Source of the DNA: Nemertoderma westbladi
Lineage: Eukaryota > Animalia > Xenacoelomorpha
DNA: 64,000 nucleotides
Direction of reading: 5' to 3'
NCBI GenBank assembly: GCA_032718475.1
Contig: JAUCBJ010001398.1
Location: forward strand, 1-64,000
A program made the position numbers and the translations under genes. Positions 12,977 to 24,002 of this stretch are shown piece after piece. Every line of letters starts with the position of its first letter. Positions within the stretch are counted from its first letter, which is position 1. The notes under the pieces were generated by a model, which saw only the letters and a program-made list of their open reading frames with translations, was not told the origin of the DNA and ran no database searches.

Positions 12977-13543
12977 TTAAGTTTTTCGTTTTCTGGAGTT
13001 CCTAACTACTTCCCAATCCCCTTCGTCGGACTGTCTATCGTCTCTGTTGTCTCCGTTATCGTCTACATTACCAGAATCTTCCCAGTCCATATCTTTACTG
13101 GATTCGTCTAACAATCCTGCGTTACGTGGATCACCAAGGTCCCTTGATCCCGTAGAGTTTGTTGATGAAGGGATGGTAGGGTCGGTTATAACAGCGCAAT
13201 CCCGTGGTTGTGTTCCAACTAGCAGTGGTATCGCTGTATGAGTTGGACTGTTATAACAACAATTGGATTTGTGACATCTCAATATTTCTTCGGCCACTAT
13301 TTTCAAACTACCATCTTCAATAATCGTGTCAAATTCTTGATTTAAAATATCAGATAAGAAATCCTCAACTTCCAGAGCATCCAAATCGCGGTTCTCCTTA
13401 AACCATTCATCTACCGCACCAGGTAACCATTCTATCTTATCCTGCACGTAATCTCCACCAAATCCATTGTCTACAGCTAATTGTAAAACTGGCCAAGATT
13501 TCAGAATAGCTGTGACTGATTTGCGGAACGTTGAGGACTCCAG
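12977..13543 (-). CDS. TSR2: Pre-rRNA-processing protein TSR2 homolog, intronless, 188 aa, apparent CTG start
   Basis: The frame extends 32 codons upstream of the tracked ORF: (L)ESSTFRKSVTAILKSWPVLQLAVDNGFGGDYVQDKIEWL..EVEDFLSDILNQEFDTIIEDGSL..acidic tail..GDWEVVRNSRKRK. This matches the WGG domain and C-terminal motif of TSR2. In-frame TAA at 13553-13555; no ATG. Confidence 0.9.
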   Translation of the reverse strand: MESSTFRKSVTAILKSWPVLQLAVDNGFGGDYVQDKIEWLPGAVDEWFKENRDLDALEVEDFLSDILNQEFDTIIEDGSLKIVAEEILRCHKSNCCYNSPTHTAIPLLVGTQPRDCAVITDPTIPSSTNSTGSRDLGDPRNAGLLDESSKDMDWEDSGNVDDNGDNRDDRQSDEGDWEVVRNSRKRKT

Positions 13544-14617
13544 TGTGAATGTTTAAGCTAATTAAGTTGCTTCCAAATTATTATTTTAAGCTGCGCCTGT
13601 CTGCTGGAGTGGGGAGTCTCCCCTGCTGGTAAACGAATTATGAAAACGCAACTTTCTGACTTCTCTCTAACTCAACGCAGCAGAACGGAGACGAATCTTT
13701 ACGTTAGGCCTAATAATATACCGTAGTATGCAGTACCGTTACCGGTAAATAGTTTTAGGATTTGGGTTGCCTAAGGAACTAGTGCAGTCAGTATACAGCC
13801 TAGAGGGCAACAGTGCAGTGCAGGCCTCAACAGCAGGATTTCGTGTCATTAAGTCCTTTGGTCTCTAAGGTCTTCTGGTATATTATCTTGGTGTCGTTAG
13901 TGAGATGAGCAGGTCTGTAAATACGACCTAACGCTCAAAGGACCTAAGGACGCATTACCAACAATTAGTGGGGCATTATTGGCATTTCTTGTACTTGGAT
14001 TGGGGCAATTTCTTACTCAACTTTATAGTACTATATAACTGAATTTGGAAACAGAAAAATTATTCCCTACCTTGTTTTCCATGCCTGCATGGTAACGGTA
14101 AAATTATATTTTCCACCTAAACAATTACTGTAGTTATAAGAACTCCGTACAAACGATTATTGGATTGGTACCTCGGCGTTATATGACTAAACGATGCTTA
14201 TCTGTATCTTTTATGGTAAAATATTTCCAAAACTGTACAAATTAAATAAGTAACGAATTTATTTAACCACATCCCGATCCCACGTTCACACCAACTGTAC
14301 TTCGGTTTTAGGTTGTCATAATTAATTTATTTATAAATAATTAAGTACTCTGTCTTTAAGCCACCTTTCAATGGGAATTTGTTTGTTTTTGGGTTAAAGT
14401 TAGTTCTGCAGGTCCAACCAAACCCAAACATTTATATTTAGAATCAGCAAATCTAAATTAACTACAAAATGCTGTTTTGGGAAAAAATTTTGATTCGAAA
14501 GTGAACCCGGGGGGGGGGCTTCTTCTCTCATTCTTTTTTTATTTTATAAAAATCACCCTTTTCGTAATTAAGCGGAAAAGTTGTGGAAAGTTTCACCCGA
14601 AGACCTCATAGAAGTTA

Positions 14618-16239
14618 CCTGTAAGGCTGTGAGAGGCCAACGGTTCCCCGTATCACTCGGTAGGTGTCCCACTGCCCTGTAAGGCTGTGAGAGGCCAACG
14701 GGTCCCCGTATCACTCGATTGGTGCCCCACTGCCCTGTAAGGCTGTGAGCGGCCATCGGTTCCCCGTATCACTCGGTTGGTGCCCCACTGCCCTGTAAGG
14801 CTGTGAGAGGCCATCGGTTCCCTGTAGCACTCGGTAGGTGCCCCACTGCCCTGTAAGGCTGTGAGAGGCCAACGGGTCCCCATATCACTCGGTAGGTGCC
14901 CCACTGCCCTGTAAGGCTGTGAGAGGCCAACGGGTCCCCGTATCACTCGGTAGGTGCCCCACTGCCCCGGCTGTGCGAGGCCAACGGGTCCCCATATCAC
15001 TCGGTAGGTGCCCCACTGCCCTGTAAGGCTGTGAGAGGCCAACGGGTCCCCGTATCACTCGGTAGGTGCCCCACTGCCCTGTAAGGCTGTGAGAGGTCAA
15101 CGGGTCCCCTTATCACTCGGTTGGTGCCCCACTGCCCTGTAAGGCTGTGAGAGGCCAACGGGTCCCCGTATCACTCGGTTGGTGCCCCACTGCCCTGTAA
15201 GGCTGTGAGAGGCCAACGGGTCCCCTTATCACTCGGTTGGTGCCCCACTGCCCTGTAAGGCTGTGAGAGGCCAACGGGTCCCCGTATCACTCGGTTGGTG
15301 CCCCACTGCCCTGTAAGGCTGTGAGAGGCCAACGGGTCCCCTTATCACTCGGTTGGTGCCCCACTGCCCTGTAAGGCTGTGAGAGGCCAACGGGTCCCCG
15401 TATCACTCGGTAGGTGGCCCACTGCCCTGTAAGGCTGTGAGAGGCCAACGGGTCCCCGTATCACTCGGTCGGTGCCCCACTGCCCTGTAAGGCTGTGAGA
15501 GGCCAACGGGTCCCCGTATCACTCGGTCGGTGCCCCACTGCCCTGTAAGGCTGTGAGAGGCCAACGGGTCCCCTTATCACTCGGTTGGTGCCCCACTGCC
15601 CTGTAAGGCTGTGAGAGGCCAACGGGTCCCCGTATCACTCGGTCGGTGCCCCACTGCCATGTAAGGCTGTGAGAGGCCAACGGGTCCCCTTATCACTCGG
15701 TTGGTGCCCCACTGCCCTGTAAGGCTGTGAGAGGCCAACGGGTCCCCGTATCACTCGGTTGGTGCCCCACTGCCCTGTAAGGCTGTGAGAGGCCAACGGG
15801 TCCCCGTATCACTCGGTTGGTGCCCCACTGCCCTGTAAGGCTGTGAGAGGCCAACGGGTCCCCGTATCACTCGGTAGGTGCCCCACTGCCCTGTAAGGCT
15901 GTGAGAGGCGAATGGGTCCCCGTATCACTCGGTAGGTGCCCCACTGCCCTGTAAGGCTGTGAGAGGCCAACGGGTCCCCGTATCACTCGGTTGGTGCCCC
16001 ACTGCCCTGTAAGGCTGTGAGAGGCCAACGGGTCCCCGTAGCACTCTGTAGGTGCCCCACTGCCCCGGCTGTGAGAGGCGAACGGGTCCCTGTATCACTC
16101 GGTGTGCCCCACTGCCCCGGCTGTGCGAGGCCAATGGGTCCCCGCCCCGTATCACTCGGTTGGTGCCCCACTGCCCCGGCTGTGCGAGGCCAACGGTTCC
16201 CCGCCCCGTATCACTAGATAGGTGCCCCACTGCCACAGG
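14618..16239. repeat. 58-bp GC-rich minisatellite, about 28 highly similar copies
   Basis: Unit CCCTGTAAGGCTGTGAGAGGCCAACGGGTCCCCGTATCACTCGGTWGGTGCCCCACTG; variants cluster at the array edges. Confidence 0.97.
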
Positions 16240-16387
16240 TACGAGATTGTAACTGGCTCGCCCCGAATGGGAATGAGAGGTACTGATCGCATCCATAAGC
16301 ACAACTTTATATTCTTACATAGGCCTAGCAAATAGTATAGCTAGTTTCTTGTTCACAAAAAGTATTGTTTTGGGGTCTTTAAAGTCC

Positions 16388-16913
16388 GAGGCGTTGCCCA
16401 TCGAAATTTACAAAACATTTCGTCTGATTTTCTGAAATTTTCGATCGTTTATCGATGATTTTAGATTATTACCAATGTAAAATATAATAATATTTTTTCA
16501 ATAATTTACTGGTTACTATATTAGTTTTATTGTAAAAAGAAGAAAGATAATAAAAGTTTAATATTTCAAAAAATTATTACTTTATGTGTAAAGTTGCACT
16601 TTATAGTGTTTGCGAGAGTGGTTTATGTGCTGTTAAGAGTGGTTTATTGCATTAAGTTAAATAATGAATGGTTTGAGTGAGTACCAATGCAGGAGTATTA
16701 GAACATTGTACCAGTAGTTTTATTTCAAAATTTTATCATTTCAAAATTACAGAAAAGTGAAAATTATTCAAAAACTGCATTTGCAATTTTTTTTGTTATA
16801 TTCTATAGAGTCAAAAATTAGTCGACAATCATCGCGAATGAAAAAAATTCGATCGATTATTATCGACATTATTTTCGTACGATTATCGATTTTCGACCAA
16901 TTTTAGACAACCC
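16388..16913. mobile_element. Old hAT-like MITE with ATCGAT/TCGA-rich subterminal repeats
   Basis: Degenerate termini GGCGTTGCCC.. / ..GACAACCCT with TCGAT clusters at both ends; no TSD resolved. Confidence 0.35.
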
Positions 16914-18323
16914 TTCTTTAAACTAACAAATAATATATAGGCCACACCTAGTACCATACATATAATTTTGTTTTTTACAGATATATCTGTAATCTGCTAT
17001 CTGCATAAACATTCCCCGAGTTCAAAACTATAACTATATCTCGGCACGTTGCACTGCAGATGCACATTGAGATGCTATGCTGGCTTCAAAAAATAATTTG
17101 TGCCGCCACCATGCAATACAAAATTGGCATGCTGCAATGCAGTGTGCCTGTGCATTAAGAATGCTATGCCGGATTCTCGATAAAATTGCGCCTCCACAAC
17201 AATCCCTTATCCGATCCCACATGACTTTCGCGAGATTATCCGTATCTTCAAGGCCAGTGTCCTTTAAGAGGCGTCTCGAGAAAGTCATTGGCTGTCCACC
17301 ATGCTTATATTTTCACCATGAGAGTGCATTCAGACCAGAATTTAATGGGGATTTCAAATCTGAAAACCGCTTAGAGAGATCTCTTTTAGTACTCGAGTTA
17401 TCGTGTAATATCTGTCTGCCAATCTGTCTTTTATTTAAAATGTAAGTCAGGCAGCGAGGCAACCGACCGACAGACAGACTACATTCCACCAAATATTAAA
17501 ACTGACATCTGAAATGAAATCAGCGACCTGAAAACCCCCAAAAATGTAATTTTAGCTCGGTGGTGCTTCCTTCCTGCCAGACGCGATTTACCAACCAGAT
17601 CCCGTACAGGTAATTTTGCGCGGGAAGGTTTGAACTTCCTTATCTCAGAATGAAATTATTTCACCCGAAAAATAATACTCCTCCGTCATATCTTAACCGT
17701 TTTTTGCAATTTTTGATTTATATGAAAGTATTTTAGCACAGTATTTTAAAACAGATTCGATTTAATTAATATAAATAAATTTTAATTAAAAAAAATGTTA
17801 TTTCATAATATTTCCCCAATTTTTAATGAAAAATTAATAAAAACATGGGTTTTTAAATTTTTTTTTTAATTTTGGATTTTTTTTACAAAAATTCCAATTA
17901 TCAGAAATAGACAATTAAAATACAAAAAGTGATCGAAAAATATGATGTAAATTAACATGCTGGTTCCAAAAAATGGAAAGTAATGTAGGAGTATTCTTTT
18001 TTAACGATCTTTTTTAATTTTCACGCCAGCCGCTAGGGGGTGCCAGAAATTTTTTTACTTTATAGTAATAGTAAAAAATTTTAAATAATTATTTTAAATT
18101 AAAAAAAAATTTTTTTTTTTTTTTTTTAATGCTTTTATTATTTATTACCGAAGCTACCATAATTTTTACTAGCTATTATGATAATAGCAGTCAATGTATT
18201 TCTAGAATTCAATTATACAATGGAGATCAAATTAACTAAATAAATGAATACGAGTCCATGTTCTCTATAACGAATACAAGTAAATGTTTTCTGATACATA
18301 ACGTCTAAAACTGTTGCGGGTCC

Positions 18324-18457
18324 TTACGCCCTCTTGCCTCTGATCCTACGGGCCAGTTTGGATATCCTTCGTTCGGCATTATGGTAACTCGATTGGCGTG
18401 GATAGTGCACAGATTCGTGTCCTCAAACAATCCAACGAGATAAGCCTCAGATGCTTC
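18324..18457 (-). pseudogene. H3: Histone H3 C-terminal fragment (residues 94-135), decayed
   Basis: Minus strand reads [29 protein letters not shown](+4 nt)DIQ(+1 nt)[10 protein letters not shown], versus canonical [42 protein letters not shown]: 39/42 identical after removing two small insertions. Confidence 0.95.
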
Positions 18458-18458
18458 A

Positions 18459-18798
18459 CTACACCTCTAAAATATCGTAGAGTCCTTCAGTTAATGATTC
18501 GCTGGTTCCCAATGTTTCCGATCAGGATAGCTATCAGGATACGCTGTAGTAAGAAGCGATGAGAACGGGGCTCATGCGTGTTGGCGTGGAGCCTCATCCC
18601 GACTTCTTTGAGGAAAGCGGCTGTTCTCGGACCGGGGCGGCCAAATGTCTCAAAGGCAACTGGTTCGAACTGATAGCCCCGATCAATTAACTCCTGATAC
18701 TTCCTAATCTTTACGTTCTCCTGATCCTCGGCTATGCGACCACCAATGGTTTGGCTTATTCTGAGATGGCTGGGGGCCAGCGGGTCGACTACTGTGGC
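18459..18798 (-). pseudogene. Retrotransposon ORF, part 3: rest of RLE and C-terminus
   Basis: ATVVDPLAPSH..EDQENVKIRKY..FEPVAFETFG..EPRSHRFLLQRILIAILIGN, then a small frameshifting deletion, then [17 protein letters not shown] (TAG at 18459-18461). Confidence 0.88.
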
Positions 18799-19046
18799 AT
18801 CCCAGGCAGCCGCGTAGCCAGGAATTTCCTACGGTAGGGTCCCAGACCCCAAATTGTAATTCATATTTATAGTAGTTGTGGGGATCTAGGACACTTCCCC
18901 CCCGGACACTTCCCCCCCGGACAGTTCCCCCCCGCTCAAGTAGGACACTTCCCCCCCGGACACTTCCCCCCCAGACACTTCCCCCCCGCGGACACTTCCC
19001 CCCCGACTGTTCTTAACTTCGCACATTCGTATTTTTCATTTTGTAA

Positions 19047-19973
19047 GGTAAACGGACCGCTTGTATCCAGATAAGTTGTATCCAATTTTCCTTTCGTAGC
19101 TCAGAAAGTGATCTTTTGCATCCCGATTTTACATTTTATATCCAAGTTTTATTTATGGGTTTTATCAATGCAATTACATCGTATTGTTTGCTAATCTTTA
19201 AACAATTAATTATATTAGATGACCTATAAATTCCATCCCCGGAATGATATACTGTTTTTATTAACTATAGAATTATAATAATTAATTGTTTTAATTATAG
19301 GTATTATTATGTAATAGTCTTCTTCAAATTGTAGCAGATGGGGATGAATATTATTGTTGCAATCAAAATTATACCTCTCCAGGGTAAAATCGACATGCGT
19401 CGACCTGTATTCTGTGTTCAGCATTACATATTGATATACATATTACTACTATACATACTATATAGATATTATACACACTACATATTAAATTTCCTGGTTA
19501 CTTGCAATATTTTTAATAGGATTTTGTTGAATTATATAATATTGTAGTAATTTATATATTAAATTGGTTAACATTCAATACAGCTCCTACTTTAGGCTTA
19601 GTCAATTTATTATCTGATGATACAAACATGAATTAATTATTTCAAAATGGTCTTAAGTCTTTCACCACGGGCACTCAGGGAAATGCCGGGGTCTGGGGGC
19701 GATAACCTCCAAGAAAAGAAGCGGGGGTTTGGGGGCGGCAGCCCCCAAGAAAAGAAGCGGGGGTTTGGGGGCGGCAGCCCCCAAGAAAAGAAGCGGGGGT
19801 TTGGGGGCGGTAGCCCCCAACAAAAGAAGCGGGGGTTTGGGGGCGGCAGCCCCCAATTAAAAGAAATTAAAAGAATTAAAGGAATTAAAAGAAAAACAAA
19901 CAAAATTTGACTATAAAAATGTTTCTTTTATAATTTTGAAAAAACTTGTCTAGATACAACTTGTCCTGTAACC
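19047..19973. mobile_element. Inner degenerate TIR element
   Basis: GGTAAACGGACCGCTTGTATCCAGATAAGTT versus the reverse complement of the right end, GGTTACAGGACAAGTTGTATCTAGACAAGTT. Confidence 0.55.
19687..19856. repeat. 36-bp G-rich tandem repeat (about 4.5 copies)
   Basis: AAGAAAAGAAGCGGGGGTTTGGGGGCGGCAGCCCCC. Confidence 0.95.
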
Positions 19974-20587
19974 ATCTTTAACTTTTGTTTATTGCTTTGA
20001 TGCACCCAGATTAATTTTAACACTTTAACTGGGGGGGAAGTGTCCGGGGGGCAAGTGTCCGGGGGGGAAGTGTCCGGGGGGGAAGTGTCCTACTTGGGCG
20101 GGGGGGAAGTGTCCGGGGGGGAAGTGTCCGGGGGGGAAGTGTCCTAGATCCATTACAGACTATTAAACTGGTTGAGAGATTATATAATATAGGCCTAAGT
20201 AATAAGCTGGGTTTCTAAGAACATTGTATGATATTATGATGCCTTATCATGGGGGCGGGGGGGGGGGGGAATTAGAGGGACTGCCTGAGGGAATTATTGG
20301 TAGTGTGACTGGAGGCCTGGCTACAACACTTTGATGGGGTATAATAATGGTCTCCTTTCTACTACTTATTTTCTTTGGCAACCTGCCTGGGATAATGTGG
20401 ATTGTATCTGGTCTGGGGTCGGCAACTTCAACTTCGAATATTTTCTAATATTCGGTTTATTGCACTTGTCATTATAATTTTTTTAATTTAACGGAACTTG
20501 ACGATGGCAAAATGCTCTCAGAGTTAGAGTTGGAATCTCCACGGTAGGGTCCCGGGACCCTGGGACCCTACCCTCGCTACGCTAGTG

Positions 20588-20863
20588 ATCCCAGGTAAGT
20601 GTTCTTCCCTGGCTCCAAGGATCTAATGTTACACCATCTACCCGCTTCCCATCGCTCAAACAGAGACCTGGCGGTTCACGCAGGGATGGCACGCCGCAGC
20701 TGTTTAGTGATCGCTTTACGATATCGTTCAACATGCTGTGGCGTGCTTGTCGACCTGCGCTTTTACTGCACGAGAGACCATGGAGACCGTCAGATTTAAC
20801 GGGTTTACCGCACCGGAAACAGTTGTGGGGCTCCGTTACTTTACATCCCAGGCGGGTTGCTAT
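20588..20863 (-). pseudogene. Retrotransposon ORF, part 2: CCHC knuckle and start of RLE
   Basis: Same frame after the TAA: IATRLGCKVTEPHNCFRCGKPVKSDGLHGLSC..RHSMLND..REPPGL..DGKRVDGVTLDPWSQGRTLTWD. Confidence 0.9.
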
Positions 20864-23800
20864 TTAAATACGGAGCTGGGCATCTGTTAGTTTCAGGCCT
20901 AATGATGATACTGGGATCGCGTCGATCCAACAGCCAGGGATTGGGTCGTCTAAAGCATTTAGCCGGGCCAGATCATTACCGACAGCGGATTCGTGGAGGC
21001 AACCACGGTTGAACTCATGGATTGGAGCCATCCATGAACTCTGTTTGGAATCGGTTGGTGCGATGACGTCAGTGGTGGTGTAGGACTGCCACAGTTCTAG
21101 TGCACCGCGAGAGGTGATGTCATTTGCGATGGGTTGGGGGTGAAGGGCTCCCGGGGTATCTCGTACCGAGTAAACTTCTGGAGTGAAAAGGAGATTCGTG
21201 AGAGGTCTGCAAGCAGCCGCTGAAGCCAAATAGGCAGTCGGTGCGAGCTGCTTGGCAGAGCTCATCCCAAGGCCTCCCAATCGGGCAGGAAGTGAAGCCT
21301 GCTTCCATGCCTTGTCGTCGATTTGCGAGTTGGCGATGTCTTGGAGGGAGGATCGTTGGAGTTGGTCGTATTGCTCTAGAATCGCCGTGAATTCAAAGCA
21401 TGGGGCGGAGCGCAAGAAGTACAGAAGGCGGGGTATGGCGAAGGAATTCTTCAGGAGGAAAAACGCGTGGTGACTATCGAGCGATGATAACCGGCTACTC
21501 ATGGTCTCCAGATCAGATACCTTTGCCTCAAGACATTTCACCATTGCGAATTTCCCTATCGGCGCGCCCAGCATCGTGAGGTTGGCGAGGTCGGGTACTA
21601 AGATTCCCTCGCAGATGCTGTTGAACTCTTTGTGGATGCGATGGTGCTCCTCTTCGGGTGTTTCTCCCAGAAAAAATAACTCGCATTTCTTAGAGTTTAA
21701 AGTTAACCCGCACTTCCGTCCTTCCTCGATAACTGTCTGGAGATCCTGTAGCACGATCTCATATTTGTCTGCGAAGTTTCCATCATCGAGATACCAGACG
21801 TTAAATTTAGATTTCAGCGAGTGGTTGAGATCGTTCGTGACATCTCCAAACAATGCAGGACCTTCGGGGTCTCCCTGTTGCGGACCTTCTTCGGAGAGGA
21901 TCACCTTGTCTCCGTGTATTAGGAAACTATAATCACTATAGGCTGCCCGGGTATAATTATAAATCATCGGATAGCGCTGATGGATTGTCTCTAGGAGAGA
22001 GTCTCTACGGAGCGTGTTAAAGGCATTACTGAAATCGACTTTCAGTAAAACCGAGCAACCGTTATTATCTGCTGAGACATACGAACGCGTTGCGTGTGCT
22101 GCTGCTTCGGCTCCGTTCTTGGTCCCGATGCCGAGCTGAGTGGAACCATATGAGGCTGACCTCTCTTCCTTCACGAGTGAGCCGATGTATTTTGAGCACA
22201 GTCGTCGCCATGTCTTACCAACAGCAATTGGCCGGATTCCTACACTCTTCACAAATGCGAAGAGGTTTGCTCCAAAGAAGAGTGGTCCGATACAGTCTGG
22301 GATCTTACCGGCAACAACAAGGTCGACGAACTTGCACATGGAGTTAAGAAGTCGGGATGCTGACTCTCCATTTTCGGCCCTTATGAGATCTTTGATGATC
22401 TGGGGTCGGATACCATCCTGCCCACCTGCGCTACCACTCGGAAATGTGGTGATCAGTTTGCGTAGTACCTGTGGTGAACAAGGTGTTGCACTTGGCTGCA
22501 CTGGGGGAGGGGGGTCGCGTCTGTCTGCTGGGCGAGGAGGGTGCTTAGCTTTCAGGGCCTGCAGCATCTCGGGAGTGTTCGGTGCCATAGAGTCTGTCGA
22601 TGATGCGAGTCTGATAGCACCTCTGACATCACCGTCTTCTATCTTCTCCGCGACTGCAGTGGCAAGGCGGATCTCATCCCGATTATTCTGATGTCGTGCC
22701 GATGTGGTATTCATTTCTGGATGAGGCGTGATGAAGGGGGAACAAGTGCGGAATGCGGCGATGTTCTTGTTCACTTGTGAGGCTAGGGACAGTTGTTGTC
22801 GCCTTCCTCCGCGCTTAGGAGCCGTTATACAGCGGTGACCTGCGATCAGAAGCTTAAACCAACTATCAACCAATGACGGGTCTGCGACTATGGCCATGAA
22901 CAGATCGGATAAGAGGCTGGCGAGATTAGCTCTGGATGCCTTTGGGACATGTTTTAGTTGCTTAGCCCGATTGCCAATTAACATTTTAACAAGAGTCTCG
23001 GGGTCTGTGATGGTGTTCGGCGATGTCACTGGATCATCAATAGCTTCGGCTGGTTGCTGGCTGTGTGAGGTTCCTCCTTGGATAGGTGGCAGTCGCGGGT
23101 CATCCGGTCTGGATTGACCAGAGCCTAAGCACCTATTATCGGTGGGACCATGAACACGTAATGTGTCATTTAAGTTGATACGGACACTTTTGTTGCAGAC
23201 GGGGCACACGCATTGTGACAGATCCCTTCTGAATTCGGCCCGGGACTCCGTTGGTGCGGATCTCTGAGACGATTGTGGCTGATTAGGTTCATCAGGCTGT
23301 ATTGGCGTGGTTCTTTGAGGTTCGTCTTTTTCAGGCTGCGCTGGTGCTATTCTCTGAGGCGAGTGTGGCTGCCGAGGTTCGACAGGCTGCATGGAGTTGG
23401 GGATTCTAATGATGGATTCTAGTTCATCTAGTAGGGACTCCCTATATACCTGGATCGTCTCATCGTTGATGTCTAATGGGGATCCACCCTCGATAACCAT
23501 CTTCGCAAACCGACAGAGGTAAACACCACATTGGTAGGAGTTGTATTGTCGCCTGGCCAGTGGTGGGTCGATTTTGAAGTGAGGGGGTGTTATGTTGAGC
23601 CTTCCAGCTTCTAACATTGCCCAATCTCTGATTATATTTACCACCTGATCATTTGAGTTCCCAAGTGAGTCGAGGTAGGCGATGTTTCCATGTTCTGGAA
23701 AAAAGGCAGCTAGAGTCCAGTGCTTACCATTCACGTTTACAGGAAACAGTATCAAAGCAAGCGAGAAGATATTAGTGTTCCGCGTCCAACGCTTCACCGA

Positions 23801-24002
23801 TTCGTAGCCGCCACCGCTGGCTGAGTAGCGGTCTATAAAATGGTGCAGCACCAACACATCATCCCGGGATGTTCTTAAAGAATTTAGCACAACTTCGATA
23901 ACGCTGTGCGTAAGCCACCCTCTGCCTCGAAGCGTATCAATATCTTTGGCTGTGATTGTGGTCCCGAAACAATCGTAGGTCGCTTGATTACTGGATGGTG
24001 TG
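20864..24002 (-). pseudogene. Retrotransposon ORF, part 1: Ulp1/C48 protease, C2HC zinc finger, reverse transcriptase
   Basis: Ulp1: DIDTLRGRGWL (upstream of the tracked ORF), GKHWTL, YLDSL, QYNSYQCGVY. Finger: CPVC..H..C. RT: IRPIAVG, QLGIG..GAEAAAH, VDFSNAFN, QQGDP, YLDDG, LPARLGGLG. Ends at a premature in-frame TAA (20864-20866). Confidence 0.93.

Larger units (their letters stand above)
18882..20151. mobile_element. Mutator/foldback-like MITE with GGACACTTCCCCCCC repeat TIRs
   Basis: GGATCTAGGACACTTCCCC.. and ..GGGGAAGTGTCCTAGATCC; ~125-bp arms built of 15-16-bp repeats; no TSD found. Confidence 0.8.
18807..20587. mobile_element. hAT-like non-autonomous element with 8-bp TSD
   Basis: TSD ATCCCAGG at 18799-18806 and 20588-20595; termini CAGCCGCGTAGC / GCTACGCTAGTG; ACGGTAGGGTCCC near both ends. 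Confidence 0.9.
18110..24002 (-). mobile_element. 5'-truncated CRE-like RLE non-LTR retrotransposon (Ulp1, zinc finger, RT, CCHC, RLE) with histone H3 fragment and poly(A)
   Basis: Frame open to ~24002; AATAAA then poly(A) (T-run 18110-18127); probable TSD TAAAAAAAA(A)TTT at ~18100-18112 and 24003-24014 (low complexity, one A different). Confidence 0.92.

Noticed and set aside
14618-16239. CRISPR-like array, hammerhead-ribozyme satellite, or real ORFs in the array
   Set aside because: No unique spacers and no cas genes; no CUGANGA..GAAA core seen on either strand; the ORFs are repeat translations.
18128-18323. Functional replication-dependent histone gene
   Set aside because: No codons 1-93, two frameshifts and no stem-loop; only a fragment is present.
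19637-19910. GFGGGSPQEKKR and WGLPPPNPRFF repeat proteins
   Set aside because: 36-bp repeat inside nested MITEs.
18873-20160. 9-bp TSD for the foldback-like MITE
   Set aside because: Flanks (TAGTTGTG(G) versus ATTACAGAC) do not match.
21120-23117. Several overlapping ORFs
   Set aside because: Shadow frames of the retrotransposon ORF.
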